A DNA stretch of 38,432 nucleotides from a virus, in the IMG/VR virus record IMGVR_UViG_3300037755_000578, positions 1 to 38,432 of that record; one strand, written 5' to 3'. Numbering within the stretch: position 1 is the first letter of the stretch; each line of letters starts with the position of its first letter. The position numbers were made by a program, and so were the translations under genes. This document shows positions 21,388 to 29,700 of this stretch, in pieces. A model generated the notes under the pieces. The model had not been told where the DNA came from. It saw only the letters and a list, made by a program, of their open reading frames with translations, and made no database searches.

Positions 21388-22819
21388 GCCGGTCGACGAC
21401 GCCGCGCACCTTGTTCAGGTGCGCGGCGATCTTGCCGATGTCCACCTCTGCGAAGCTGTCGGCCTCCTCGCGTTCCTTGTCGCTCTGTTGCGCCTGCCGG
21501 ACCTGCTTCGGGCTGCCGATGACCTCGGGCTCTAGCAGGTGCTCATAGTGCCCGCGGTGCGGCAGGATCGAGTAGATCGCCGAGTCGCTGCATTCGTTGG
21601 AGTACCGCTCGTCCGCGTCCGTCTGCTTCTCGTTCCAGGGGATCATTCCCCATTCACCAGTGAGGGTGTCACATTGTCCACGAACGACCTTGATTGTCCC
21701 CGCCGCCAGCCCGCCCCGTACCACCTCGATGCGGGGTCGCTTCAGGCCCTTGGGTGTTGGCTGGCATGGGATGCCCATGTCTTGCAGTGTTTTGCTGACA
21801 GTGAGGCCTATTCCACCTTCGTCGATGAACACGTAGTTGACGCTGTAGAGGCGTCGCAGGTGCTCGATCTCAGCCGCCAGCGCTGGCAGTTTTTGGCCGC
21901 GCTTCTCGTAGCTGCGCAGAATGTGGATCTCTGGGTTGTTGGGTGGCTGCGAGCGGGTAACGGTGAATCCGTTCCCGTCCTCGTAGCCGACGTCGACACC
22001 AAGGATGGTACGGCCGGCAGGGAACTCCGACCCTTCATAGATGAGGTTGCGGGCCGCGCTGTAGGGGTAGACCAACATGTCTCGGTCCTCGACCCAGAGC
22101 CCGAGATACTCCCGCATGAACGTCGGTGTTTGCCACGTCCATGTGGGGTTGTTCTTGAGAGCGTCCGCGATGAACAGGTCACCGCGCCTCCGCAGGAAGG
22201 GGTTTTGCCGTGCATCCCAATGGAAGTTTCTACGAGCCTGACACTGCTCGTAGAAAAAGCCGCTCATGAGCGGGCCTGGCGTCCCGGTGAGACTGAGGCG
22301 GCCCGCGTTCTCGCCGAGAGCTGGCAGCGCGCACTCAATCGCGGCGTACTTCAGGACCTCGTCGCGAATCGTTGCGCACTCGTCTATGACGCCCTCGACG
22401 AACCCGTGCGTAGAGCCGCGGAGCTTGTCGGCTTCGCCGTCATCATTCAGCCCAAGTAACCAAACGGTGTAGCCGTTCGGTGCCTCGGCCATGAGCTCCC
22501 CGCGCCGGAACTTCAGACCGAGCCCGTACTCGATGTTTAGCTCTTTCAACGTGGTCCAAATGATGCGCTTGGCTGTCTTCGAATCCTTGGCCGCGAAGAA
22601 CGAGAGCCCGCCAGGGTTTGCAGCTGCCGGGCGAAGCAGCTTCACGCCGTTCGCTCGGCTCTTGCCCGCGCGCCGGCCGCTGTGGCTGGTGCACACGCCG
22701 TCCGAGCACATGACGTAGGGCCGTTGTGCGGGACTCAGGCCGCCCGACGTTGCAGCGAACGGATTCGATGGCCCGATCGCTTTGACCGAGTCCCCGATCG
22801 AGTTGGCGAAGTGAATCAC
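21335..22819 (-). CDS. terL: Terminase large subunit (494 aa)
   Basis: Track ORF with Walker A SGRRAGKS, Walker B VIDECA, and nuclease-half acidic motifs GVDVGYEDG, FIDEGGIG and DSAIY. It follows the small-subunit candidate with an ATGA overlap. Confidence 0.8.
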   Translation of the reverse strand: MIHFANSIGDSVKAIGPSNPFAATSGGLSPAQRPYVMCSDGVCTSHSGRRAGKSRANGVKLLRPAAANPGGLSFFAAKDSKTAKRIIWTTLKELNIEYGLGLKFRRGELMAEAPNGYTVWLLGLNDDGEADKLRGSTHGFVEGVIDECATIRDEVLKYAAIECALPALGENAGRLSLTGTPGPLMSGFFYEQCQARRNFHWDARQNPFLRRRGDLFIADALKNNPTWTWQTPTFMREYLGLWVEDRDMLVYPYSAARNLIYEGSEFPAGRTILGVDVGYEDGNGFTVTRSQPPNNPEIHILRSYEKRGQKLPALAAEIEHLRRLYSVNYVFIDEGGIGLTVSKTLQDMGIPCQPTPKGLKRPRIEVVRGGLAAGTIKVVRGQCDTLTGEWGMIPWNEKQTDADERYSNECSDSAIYSILPHRGHYEHLLEPEVIGSPKQVRQAQQSDKEREEADSFAEVDIGKIAAHLNKVRGVVDRLKRPEPGLMGGPRRTRY

Positions 22820-23286
22820 GACTCGTCAGGCCTCAGCCGCCCGTGCTTGCGGAATATCTCGACGACCTCCGGACCGAACGCGGCCGGGTCCTCTACGATG
22901 CGCTCGAACTGGGCCAGCTCCTCGGCGTTGCTGGCCGTGGCCGCCAGCGGCTCGTAGTCGGGCTCGGCGTCCTTCCCCCACACCTTGGGCCAGCGCTGTT
23001 GCAGGAATTGGTGCGCCGTGAAGCTGCCCGCGCGCCACTCCTCGACCTTCTCCCGCATCAACTCGGCCTCTGCACGCGTCCAGCGCCGGACGAAGCCCTT
23101 GAACGGCTCGGAGGCATCCCGGCGGCTCCCCAGATCGAGGATGCTGCCGAGCGCCTTCGGGGCCACGCCGCAGTACAGCGCGACCCACTTCGGCTTCAGC
23201 CCAGACGCCAGCGCGTCGAGTAGGTCCGCCTGCAACTCACCGGTGAACCACGAGAGGTCGGCGCCTGCTCGGACGATAGCGGCCAT
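22816..23286 (-). CDS. Putative terminase small subunit (156 aa)
   Basis: Internal ATG at 23286 (MAAIVRAGADLSWFTGELQADLLDALASGLKPKWVALYCGVAPKALGSILDLG...). It has an HTH-like N-terminal region and lies directly upstream of terL. Confidence 0.45.
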   Translation of the reverse strand: MAAIVRAGADLSWFTGELQADLLDALASGLKPKWVALYCGVAPKALGSILDLGSRRDASEPFKGFVRRWTRAEAELMREKVEEWRAGSFTAHQFLQQRWPKVWGKDAEPDYEPLAATASNAEELAQFERIVEDPAAFGPEVVEIFRKHGRLRPDES

Positions 23287-23288
23287 GG

Positions 23289-24290
23289 TTAGTCGGTGCG
23301 CTCGCCTCTCAGGTGGGCCTGTTCCTGGTCGTCGACCTCGCTCGGAGCATCCCAGGCCAGCGGCTTCTCGCAGCTCTGGTGCACGTCCACCGACTGCGCG
23401 TCGAGTCGATGCCAAGCCGAGCCGAGCTTGATATTGAGCGTTGACGCCGCGTGAATGACCTCCAGCGGCATCCCCTGGAAAACGAAGGTCGCAGCCTTGA
23501 AGTTTTTCACGTACGACAGCATGTCGCCCGGCTGTGCCTCGCTCTTCGTCTCCTCGCGTTCCACGAGCCCGAGGTCGCTGACCGAGCGCATGACGCGCCC
23601 GGGGCCCGCGCCGAGCACGCGGCGGTACACGATCGGGAAACGGTTGTCTCGCGCGTCATCGCTCCTGGCGCCGTCTGCCATGACCGTGTCAGGTGCCTGG
23701 ATCAGCTTCTCGGGTCCGTTGCGCAGGATGTGCTCCGCCGCCGGGTCGCGGCCGAGCAGCACGTAGTCGTTGAGCACGTCGCGAAGGTTCCAGAAAAGCG
23801 CGTCGTGCCAGTGATCGCGCCGCGCCGAGTAGCTCTCCGCGCTCTCGCCCGGGTCGCGCACCGGCGGCTCCGTCGGCTTGTCGGTGCGGTAGATGCGGGC
23901 CATCGCGACGTCACCCGTGAACCAGTACGTTAGAATGCCCTCGATGTACTGCCAGTGTCCGGCCTCTCGAAGGTTCAGGAGGATGATGTCGCCCACGGCC
24001 ACCGGCATCACCTCGCGGAGTCCGAGACGCACGCGCCCATCACCAACCCCGAGCACCTGCATCACTGCAACCTGGTCCTCTTTGGTGCCGAGCTTGTACG
24101 AGACGTGGTCGCCAAACTCGAAGCGGGTGCGGCTGGTGGGGTCGAAGTCCGGGCGCGGGAGAGCCACGACCCACTGAGCGCCGGGCTTGTTGAGGCCACG
24201 ATCGCGGTAGGCGGTCAGCGCCTCGTTGAACTTCTCGTCTCGGTACTGGGGCGGCTCGAATCCGTCCGGGATTGCTGTCTGGTAACTCAC
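23289..24290 (-). CDS. Protein with two GroES/Cpn10-like halves (333 aa), tentative phage co-chaperonin
   Basis: GTG at 24290. The halves read ..WVVALPRP..VLGVGDGRV..VAVGDIILLN..DVAMARI and ..YVLLGRDPAAE..LIQAPDTV..VLGAGPGRV..PGDMLSYV..LEVIHAASTLNIKL. Both echo the GroES pattern (V.V.....E......I..P......G.V.AVG.G......V..GD.V......dIlA). Confidence 0.45.
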   Translation of the reverse strand: MSYQTAIPDGFEPPQYRDEKFNEALTAYRDRGLNKPGAQWVVALPRPDFDPTSRTRFEFGDHVSYKLGTKEDQVAVMQVLGVGDGRVRLGLREVMPVAVGDIILLNLREAGHWQYIEGILTYWFTGDVAMARIYRTDKPTEPPVRDPGESAESYSARRDHWHDALFWNLRDVLNDYVLLGRDPAAEHILRNGPEKLIQAPDTVMADGARSDDARDNRFPIVYRRVLGAGPGRVMRSVSDLGLVEREETKSEAQPGDMLSYVKNFKAATFVFQGMPLEVIHAASTLNIKLGSAWHRLDAQSVDVHQSCEKPLAWDAPSEVDDQEQAHLRGERTD

Positions 24291-24308
24291 GTGTGACTCG
24301 TTTCCTGG

Positions 24309-25475
24309 TTATCGTGGGGTGCGTGCCGCGTCGGCTGCCTTCGCGCGCCGCACCATCGCGGCGCCTCGCTCGATCAGCTCCTCACGGCTGAGGTTCTGCT
24401 TCCGGACCTGTGTCTCGCTCGCGCCGGTCCGGCTGATTGCCTTCGTCGTCGGCCGCTTCGGTGGCGTCTTGCCGCTCAACAGCCAGCTTTCCTGTTCCCG
24501 CTGCGCCTTGCGCTCGGCCACGACGGCATCACACGCCGCTTTCGGCGACAACTTGAAACTCTTCGTCTTCCGGTCGAAGCCCGCCAGCCACTTCTCGCGC
24601 GCCTCTTTGGCGCCGTCCTTCAGCTTCAGCGCCGGGTGGTCTTTGGCCTCCTCCGCTATGTAGGCGTCCGCCTTCTGGATGGCGGCCTCTGGGGTCTGCG
24701 TCGTGGGCGCCGGAGCGGGCGCCGGAGCGGACTCGCCCTCGTACTTGGCGAGCTTGCGCTGCAGCTCGAGCACCTGGGGGTCAACCTGGACCATGTTCTT
24801 GGACCAGTGCTGCACGAACAGCGCGATCGGGACGCCGGTGGTTCGCTGGATCAGCTCGACGTACGCGCGCAGGTTCCCGCCCTGGGCGTGCTGCACCAGG
24901 TCGACGACGGGGCCGAACTTTTTGATCAGCGTCTGATTGTTGGCCTCGTGCTTCTGCTCGACCTCGGCCGCCCGCGTCTCTACCTCGCCCTGCCGGCGCC
25001 GGAGCGCTGCATACTCGCCGTTCGTCGCCCCAAGCGCCCCCTCCTCCAGCCCGATCAGCTTCTCGATGCCGCGGAGGTCGCGCTTTTTGGCCAGCGCCGC
25101 CAGCTCGGCCCGGTCGAGCTCCACGGCTGCCCCTTCCGGCGCCGCTGCGGGGTCTTCCTGGGCGCCGTCCGTTGCCGGCTCCCCAGGGTCGTCCCCAATC
25201 GCCTCGGCAGCCAGGGCGGCCGCGTCATCGCCACCAGAGAGGGTCTCGGCGGTCGGGCTCTCCGAGGCCACCGGCGCGGCCGGCGCGGAGGCGGATCGGG
25301 CCGCTCCACTCGCCCCAGGGGACACCGGGGCCGGCGCCCCCTTCTGTGCTTTTGGGGGCGCTGCCGGCATCTTGGTCGAGAGCGCCTGACCGATCGCGGC
25401 GTCGAGCCGAGCCGAGCGTTCGTTGAGAAACGCCGCGTTGAGCTGGGGGACTGATTGTGACTGCTGGTCTGCCAT
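24309..25475 (-). CDS. Putative scaffolding protein (388 aa)
   Basis: Track ORF MADQQSQSVPQLNAAFLNERSARLD... is Ala/Glu/Lys/Pro-rich and mostly helical or low-complexity. It lies directly after the portal gene. Confidence 0.5.
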   Translation of the reverse strand: MADQQSQSVPQLNAAFLNERSARLDAAIGQALSTKMPAAPPKAQKGAPAPVSPGASGAARSASAPAAPVASESPTAETLSGGDDAAALAAEAIGDDPGEPATDGAQEDPAAAPEGAAVELDRAELAALAKKRDLRGIEKLIGLEEGALGATNGEYAALRRRQGEVETRAAEVEQKHEANNQTLIKKFGPVVDLVQHAQGGNLRAYVELIQRTTGVPIALFVQHWSKNMVQVDPQVLELQRKLAKYEGESAPAPAPAPTTQTPEAAIQKADAYIAEEAKDHPALKLKDGAKEAREKWLAGFDRKTKSFKLSPKAACDAVVAERKAQREQESWLLSGKTPPKRPTTKAISRTGASETQVRKQNLSREELIERGAAMVRRAKAADAARTPR

Positions 25476-25481
25476 GGTGCC

Positions 25482-27383
25482 TTACGCTGGTACTGGTACT
25501 GGGGCGGGAGCGGGAGCGCCGCCGGGGGTTGGGGCGCCTTTGGGCGGCAAGCCCATCTGCGCACGCTTCATGTCGCGTTGGTCGATCTTGCGGTCGAGGT
25601 CTCCGAGGAACTTGAGCAGGATCTGCCGGCGCGCGTCCGGCACCTCGTCGATCTGCGCCGTGAGGAGCTGGTCCACGGCCAGCGCCATCATGTAGTCGAG
25701 GTCCGCGTACTTCGGCGGGCTGAGGTAGAACCCCGGCTTGGTGAGGTCGCTCTCTGGCGCGTAGAGGATGCGATCAAACATCTTCCCGCACCAGGCCTCG
25801 ACCTTGGCCCACTGTTTCATGGCCGAGACAGTGTCCATGTGCTGGAGGATGCCGAGCCAGTGCCCGCCGGTTATGACGCCCTGGCTGACCAGCTCCTGGG
25901 CGAGCTGTACGCGGTCCTCTGGGCTGTTCTTTTTCTCGCTGACCGGGTGAATCTGCGCCGTGAACAGCTCCAGCGGAAGCGCTAGACAGTCCTTGCCCGG
26001 GAGCGTCTTGACGAATGACTTGCCGTACCAGACCGAATCGAACGCGCCGAATCTATCGTACAGCTCTTTGGCCGCTCGCGCGTAGAGGTACGCCGTGTCC
26101 ACCGCTTGCGCCTGCACGATGTCGCGCTGTTGCGGAGCCAGCCGCTCATTCAGGAGCGAGAGCACCGTTCGAATCGCGACGGCTGCGGTGAGGCCCGCCT
26201 GCGCTTGCCCCGTTGTCTGCATCGCTGCAACCCCGCTCGCGTCGTGCGTGTTCTGGGCATGGATGCGCATCAGCTCGGGCGCCGTCTGCGGATACCACTG
26301 CGGGACGAACGGCGCGGGGGGCGCCCCCAGCTCGGGGTTGTAGGGAATCAAGACGATGTGCGCGGGCACGCTCAGCTTGCCCGCGCCCACTGCGCCCGGG
26401 TCGTAGTACTGGATGACGGTGTTGGAGCGCGCTTCGGCCTCGTCCATGCGGTGCAACACCTGGTTTTCCCGCACCACCGAGTAGTAGAAGCGGTCCACGG
26501 CCGACGCGCCCCAGAAGCCTCCGATCCGGCGCCGGAAGTGATAGAGCGCAAACGGCGGCGTCTGGTACTCGTAATCGTCGAACTCCAGCGCCTCGTTGCC
26601 CACGCACTGGATGTACTTCCCCGGCTTGTCCGCGTCGGTGCGCACGCGCCACATTTCGTGTACGCGCACCTGGAGGTTGTCGTGCTTGTTGTCCTTACCG
26701 TTCCGCGCCTTCGGGGCCTCGGCCGCCGTGAGAATGGCCTGCGTCTTTTTCTGGCTGCGGCTGTACTTGTCGCACAGCATCTCGGCGTCGAACCATGTGC
26801 TCTCTCCGTACGAGAGCGGGCCCGAGTAGCGGCATTCAAACGGGTCGACCCACATGTCGAGCGTGTTGTGCAGCTCGGCGCGTATCTTGCGCGCATGGAA
26901 GTCCGGGAACACCTTCACGGCAACGCTACCGGTCGCTGCGGCCGCGATGAGGAAAGCGTGCCGCCACATGGCCCACAGGTTGCTGTACATGCCTCCGCAT
27001 TGCGGCTGGTAGTATTGCCCCTCCACGAAGCGATCGAGCCAGACCGCCTGGCGCTTCTGCTCGTAGCTGCCATCGGTGACGACGAATTGCGGGCGCGGCT
27101 CGTCCAGCGCGGCCAGCTTGCTCTGCAGCGTCTCGACCACGGACGCTGCCCGGTTGTTGACGAGCGGCGCTCCGTCGAAGTTGATCGGGTCGAGGCTGTC
27201 GAAGCAGTCGCCGTCGAGCCCTGCCAGCGCGACGCCCTCGAACATGCCCGCGTGCTTGTTCGACTGCGTTCGACGCGGCTCGTTGATCTTGTCCTGGACG
27301 TCAGCGATCTGGCACGCGATGAGCGCGGCCTCTGTCGGGTTCGTCTGCTTGTGCCAGAGGCGGCTTTTTGGACGCTCGGTCAT
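25482..27383 (-). CDS. Portal protein (633 aa from ATG 27383; the track's TTG 27428 start is possible)
   Basis: Track ORF ...MTERPKSRLWHKQTNPTEAALIACQIADVQDKINEPRRTQ.... Its size, its position before the scaffold gene and its Pro/Ala-rich C-terminal tail fit a portal. Confidence 0.7.
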   Translation of the reverse strand: MTERPKSRLWHKQTNPTEAALIACQIADVQDKINEPRRTQSNKHAGMFEGVALAGLDGDCFDSLDPINFDGAPLVNNRAASVVETLQSKLAALDEPRPQFVVTDGSYEQKRQAVWLDRFVEGQYYQPQCGGMYSNLWAMWRHAFLIAAAATGSVAVKVFPDFHARKIRAELHNTLDMWVDPFECRYSGPLSYGESTWFDAEMLCDKYSRSQKKTQAILTAAEAPKARNGKDNKHDNLQVRVHEMWRVRTDADKPGKYIQCVGNEALEFDDYEYQTPPFALYHFRRRIGGFWGASAVDRFYYSVVRENQVLHRMDEAEARSNTVIQYYDPGAVGAGKLSVPAHIVLIPYNPELGAPPAPFVPQWYPQTAPELMRIHAQNTHDASGVAAMQTTGQAQAGLTAAVAIRTVLSLLNERLAPQQRDIVQAQAVDTAYLYARAAKELYDRFGAFDSVWYGKSFVKTLPGKDCLALPLELFTAQIHPVSEKKNSPEDRVQLAQELVSQGVITGGHWLGILQHMDTVSAMKQWAKVEAWCGKMFDRILYAPESDLTKPGFYLSPPKYADLDYMMALAVDQLLTAQIDEVPDARRQILLKFLGDLDRKIDQRDMKRAQMGLPPKGAPTPGGAPAPAPVPVPA

Positions 27384-27452
27384 TCGTGGGCTTTCGCGTG
27401 ACTCGCTGTAAAAACTGCCGAAGCTCAATCGCCAGAAGGGCGAGGAGCAGGT

Positions 27453-27857
27453 TCACACCACAAGCTCTATATGTCCGAGGTCGCGCAGCTTCTGGTCTAG
27501 CGTCTTGCCATCGCTGTCGCCGTCCCCAAGCCAGCGGATGGGGATCACCAGGTCGTCGGCCACACACTGGATGTAGCCGTAGACAACCCCAAACATGACC
27601 TCGTCACTCCAGCCGCCGGCCAGCGGCAGGAAGTCCAGGGCCAAGCTCGGGTAGTGGTTGTGCATCCCGTCGGGCCACTGCTTCTGGCTCCTGCCCGCCT
27701 TGAACGCGGCATCCTGATCGACCTTGTTGCGGTGCCCGCAGACGACCCGGAAGTCGAAGCGCCTGGGGATGCGCTGGGCGGCGTTGCGCATGATACGCAC
27801 GAGGCGCGGGTCGCAGCTCGCAAGGTTTCTCTCCGAGACGGTCCCGTACCGGATCAC
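27453..27857 (-). CDS. Endolysin, zinc peptidase M15 (VanY/hedgehog-type) family (134 aa)
   Basis: Only the last 134 codons of track ORF 27453..28463 look coding. GTG at 27857 forms a GTGA overlap with the holin stop. Motifs seen: VCGHRNKVDQDAAFKAGRS, HNHYPSLALDF and DLGHIEL. Confidence 0.65.
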   Translation of the reverse strand: MIRYGTVSERNLASCDPRLVRIMRNAAQRIPRRFDFRVVCGHRNKVDQDAAFKAGRSQKQWPDGMHNHYPSLALDFLPLAGGWSDEVMFGVVYGYIQCVADDLVIPIRWLGDGDSDGKTLDQKLRDLGHIELVV

Positions 27858-28147
27858 AGTGCAGCACCGATGAGAGACGAGAGCTTTTTCAGCGTCTCGA
27901 GCGGGCCTTGCAGGTGCGGGTAACGGGCGGCCGCGAGCTCGGCCACCGCTGCAAGGGCGAGCAGGGCCCAGCCCAGAATGGTTGCCCCTGTCACAGCTTT
28001 GGACTTCAGGCTCGTCCCTGCCGGCTCGACGAAGCCATAGCGCTCGCCGATCATGTTGTACTCCTCCGAGCTGATTAGCCCCTGGGCGAAAAGGGCCTGC
28101 GCATTCCGCTTCTTGATTGCCCTCTGCTCGTCGTCGAGTGCTTCCAT
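27854..28147 (-). CDS. Holin-like single-TM protein (97 aa)
   Basis: Track ORF MEALDDEQRAIKKRNAQALF...TGATILGWALLALAAVAELAAARY... It lies immediately upstream of the endolysin and is coupled to it. Confidence 0.55.
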   Translation of the reverse strand: MEALDDEQRAIKKRNAQALFAQGLISSEEYNMIGERYGFVEPAGTSLKSKAVTGATILGWALLALAAVAELAAARYPHLQGPLETLKKLSSLIGAAL

Positions 28148-28200
28148 GGATCGGCATCGTAGCCTGGCGTGTCACGTGGTGCAATGCTACAGCGTGACTC
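28148..28200. promoter_or_regulatory. Divergent control region between the holin operon (-) and the rusA operon (+), with an inverted repeat
   Basis: gtcacg (28171-28176) and cgtgac (28193-28198) flank tggtgcaatgctacag. The palindrome cacgtg lies at 28173-28178. Confidence 0.35.
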
Positions 28201-28599
28201 ATGGCCACACTGAACACATGCCGGTACGATGTGACGCCGCGGGCCAAGCTTCGCATGACGCGGCGGGACAGCTGGGGCAACGGCAAGGTCCGTCCCGCTG
28301 TCGAGCGATGGCGAGCCTTCAAGGATGCCGTCCGGGTCGCTGGGGTGACCGTGGAGGATGGCGACGCGCTGACCTTCCATCTGCCCATGCCGGCGAGCTG
28401 GAGTGCCAAGAAACGAGCCCGGCACGACGGGCAGCCACACCGCGCAACGCCAGACCTCGACAACCTGATCGGAGGTCTCTTTGACGCCGCGATGCCCGAC
28501 GGGGATCAGCACATTGCAGAGCTAGGGCCGTGTCGGAAGGTGTGGGCGTCGGAAGGGGCAATCGACGTGGCCAGAAAAAAAGCGACAGCTATTCCTTGA
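28201..28599 (+). CDS. rusA: RusA-family Holliday-junction resolvase (132 aa)
   Basis: Track ORF MATLNTCRYDVTPRAKLRMTRRDSW...HRATPDLDNLIGGLFDAAMPDG.. It carries the characteristic PDxDNL..x..DA motif. Confidence 0.7.
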   Translation: MATLNTCRYDVTPRAKLRMTRRDSWGNGKVRPAVERWRAFKDAVRVAGVTVEDGDALTFHLPMPASWSAKKRARHDGQPHRATPDLDNLIGGLFDAAMPDGDQHIAELGPCRKVWASEGAIDVARKKATAIP

Positions 28600-28630
28600 C
28601 AGGTGGGCACGGAGCGGATACACATAGGAC

Positions 28631-28861
28631 ATGCGAATCAACGTTGCCTCTGACACCCACGGAATCAAGCTCCAGACCCGCCGCGCCACGCGGTACGTTT
28701 CCCGCGGCCTCGTCGGCACGCTGTGCGAGACGGTTGCCATCCGGCAGGTCGTACACGCCGGTAAGCCCAACGCTGCCGCCGTCTGCGCCACGCGCGCCCC
28801 CAGCGACTGGCCCGAGACGTACGGCTGCCTCGAGACCCGGATCGAGGCCCACGCGGTCTGA
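28631..28861 (+). CDS. Hypothetical protein (76 aa)
   Basis: Track ORF MRINVASDTHGIKLQTRRATRYVSRGLVG... has third positions that are nearly all G/C by hand count. A strong hairpin follows. Confidence 0.5.
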   Translation: MRINVASDTHGIKLQTRRATRYVSRGLVGTLCETVAIRQVVHAGKPNAAAVCATRAPSDWPETYGCLETRIEAHAV

Positions 28862-28870
28862 CACGGAGCG

Positions 28871-28888
28871 GGGGCCCTTCGGGGTCCC
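28871..28888 (+). terminator. Stem-loop with a UUCG tetraloop followed by UCUUCC
   Basis: ggggccc-ttcg-gggtccc forms a 7-bp stem including one G-U pair. It lies 10 nt after the stop at 28861. Confidence 0.5.
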
Positions 28889-28923
28889 TCTTCCGCCCCC
28901 CCCCACCGACAGGACCCGAGACC

Positions 28924-29097
28924 ATGAGCAGCAAGACGATCGCAATGTTCGCCGCCCCGGCCTCCCCTCGCGCGGCCGAGGCTGCCGCCGCCCACGTGGA
29001 GCTGCGAGCCAAGGCAAAGCGGCAGCTGGCCGCCAAACTCATCGCGGAAGCGGAAGAGCTCGAGCTGACCGCCCTTCGCATGCGAAAGAGCCCATGA
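28924..29097 (+). CDS. Small helical Ala-rich protein (57 aa, below the track cutoff)
   Basis: Hand translation: MSSKTIAMFAAPASPRAAEAAAAHVELRAKAKRQLAAKLIAEAEELELTALRMRKSP. Third positions are GC-rich. It forms an ATGA overlap with the next gene. Confidence 0.4.
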   Translation: MSSKTIAMFAAPASPRAAEAAAAHVELRAKAKRQLAAKLIAEAEELELTALRMRKSP

Positions 29098-29294
29098 CCA
29101 AGAACGAACAGTTGCAGAAGCGAATCGAGGACAACAAGCGCGGCGCCCACGTGACGGCAGCCCGCGCCGCGCAGCTGCTCGCCGAATACCTCGACGAGGC
29201 CAACCCCACCAGTTACCGCAAGCTGGCCGCGAAGCATGGCCTCGGGGTCGGGACGGTCCAGCGAGCAATCAAGCGCGCCGCGGGTGGCACGTGA
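29094..29294 (+). CDS. Small HTH DNA-binding protein (66 aa)
   Basis: MTKNEQLQKRIEDNKRGAHVTAARAAQLLAEYLDEANPTSYRKLAAKHGLGVGTVQRAIKRA. Only the C-terminal part of track ORF 28530..29294 is coding. Confidence 0.5.
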   Translation: MTKNEQLQKRIEDNKRGAHVTAARAAQLLAEYLDEANPTSYRKLAAKHGLGVGTVQRAIKRAAGGT

Positions 29295-29509
29295 TCCGCC
29301 GCTGGCTGCTCGGGCTCGGGTTCGTCGCGCTTCTCTCGGTCGACGGCTGGGGGTGCGGGGGCGACGCGGGCGACCTGTTCCCGCCGCCGGGCGACCCTGG
29401 CTCGGATGGCTGGGTCTGCTCGGCGGACCTGAGCCTCTGCACCTGTGACGGCGTGGTGCGCCCGGTTCCGGACACGCGCGGTCTCTGCCTGCTCGAGGTG
29501 ACGCCGTGA
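29291..29509 (+). CDS. Secreted or lipoprotein-like Cys-rich protein (72 aa)
   Basis: Track ORF with GTG start and GTGA overlap: MIRRWLLGLGFVALLSVDGWGCGGDAGDLFPPPGDPGSDGWVCSADLSLCTCDG... Signal-peptide-like N-terminus. Confidence 0.6.
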   Translation: MIRRWLLGLGFVALLSVDGWGCGGDAGDLFPPPGDPGSDGWVCSADLSLCTCDGVVRPVPDTRGLCLLEVTP

Positions 29510-29700
29510 GCGCACAAAACCCAACGGCGTACGAAGCGGTGCACGGCTTCCTGTGTCATTGCGGCGAGGAGCGCGTGCACACGTGGCTGTACACCGAGAC
29601 GCATCGCCACTCGGCGCTGGGGTGCGTCAAGCTGACCGAGCTTCTGCCCGAGGAGCGAATCGACTTCAACGACTCGGACGACTTCGAGGTGACGCCGTGA
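29506..29700 (+). CDS. Cys/His-containing small protein (64 aa)
   Basis: Track ORF MSAQNPTAYEAVHGFLCHCGEERVHTWLYTETHRHSALGC... GTGA overlap. The start context is identical to that of the following gene. Confidence 0.55.
   Translation: MSAQNPTAYEAVHGFLCHCGEERVHTWLYTETHRHSALGCVKLTELLPEERIDFNDSDDFEVTP

Noticed and set aside
26106-27401. 431-aa plus ORF, and other plus ORFs across 21539-27600
   Set aside because: They are antisense to the terL, GroES-like, scaffold and portal genes and have the typical shadow-frame composition.
27858-28463. N-terminal 200 codons of the 336-aa ORF 27453..28463
   Set aside because: This part overlaps the holin gene out of frame and is Arg/Ser/Ala-rich junk. The peptidase M15 similarity begins only after the GTG at 27857, which is coupled to the holin stop.
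28609-28871. The 10-bp match cacggagcgg at 28609 and 28862, considered as a regulatory motif
   Set aside because: A single 10-mer coincidence is expected many times by chance in 38 kb of biased composition, and nothing else supports it.
28522-29268. 248-aa minus ORF, the 5' part of the 254-aa plus ORF 28530..29294, and 28665..29237 (-)
   Set aside because: They have Arg/Gly/Pro-rich compositions and span a terminator hairpin and intergenic DNA. GC3-biased short ORFs on the plus strand explain the region better.
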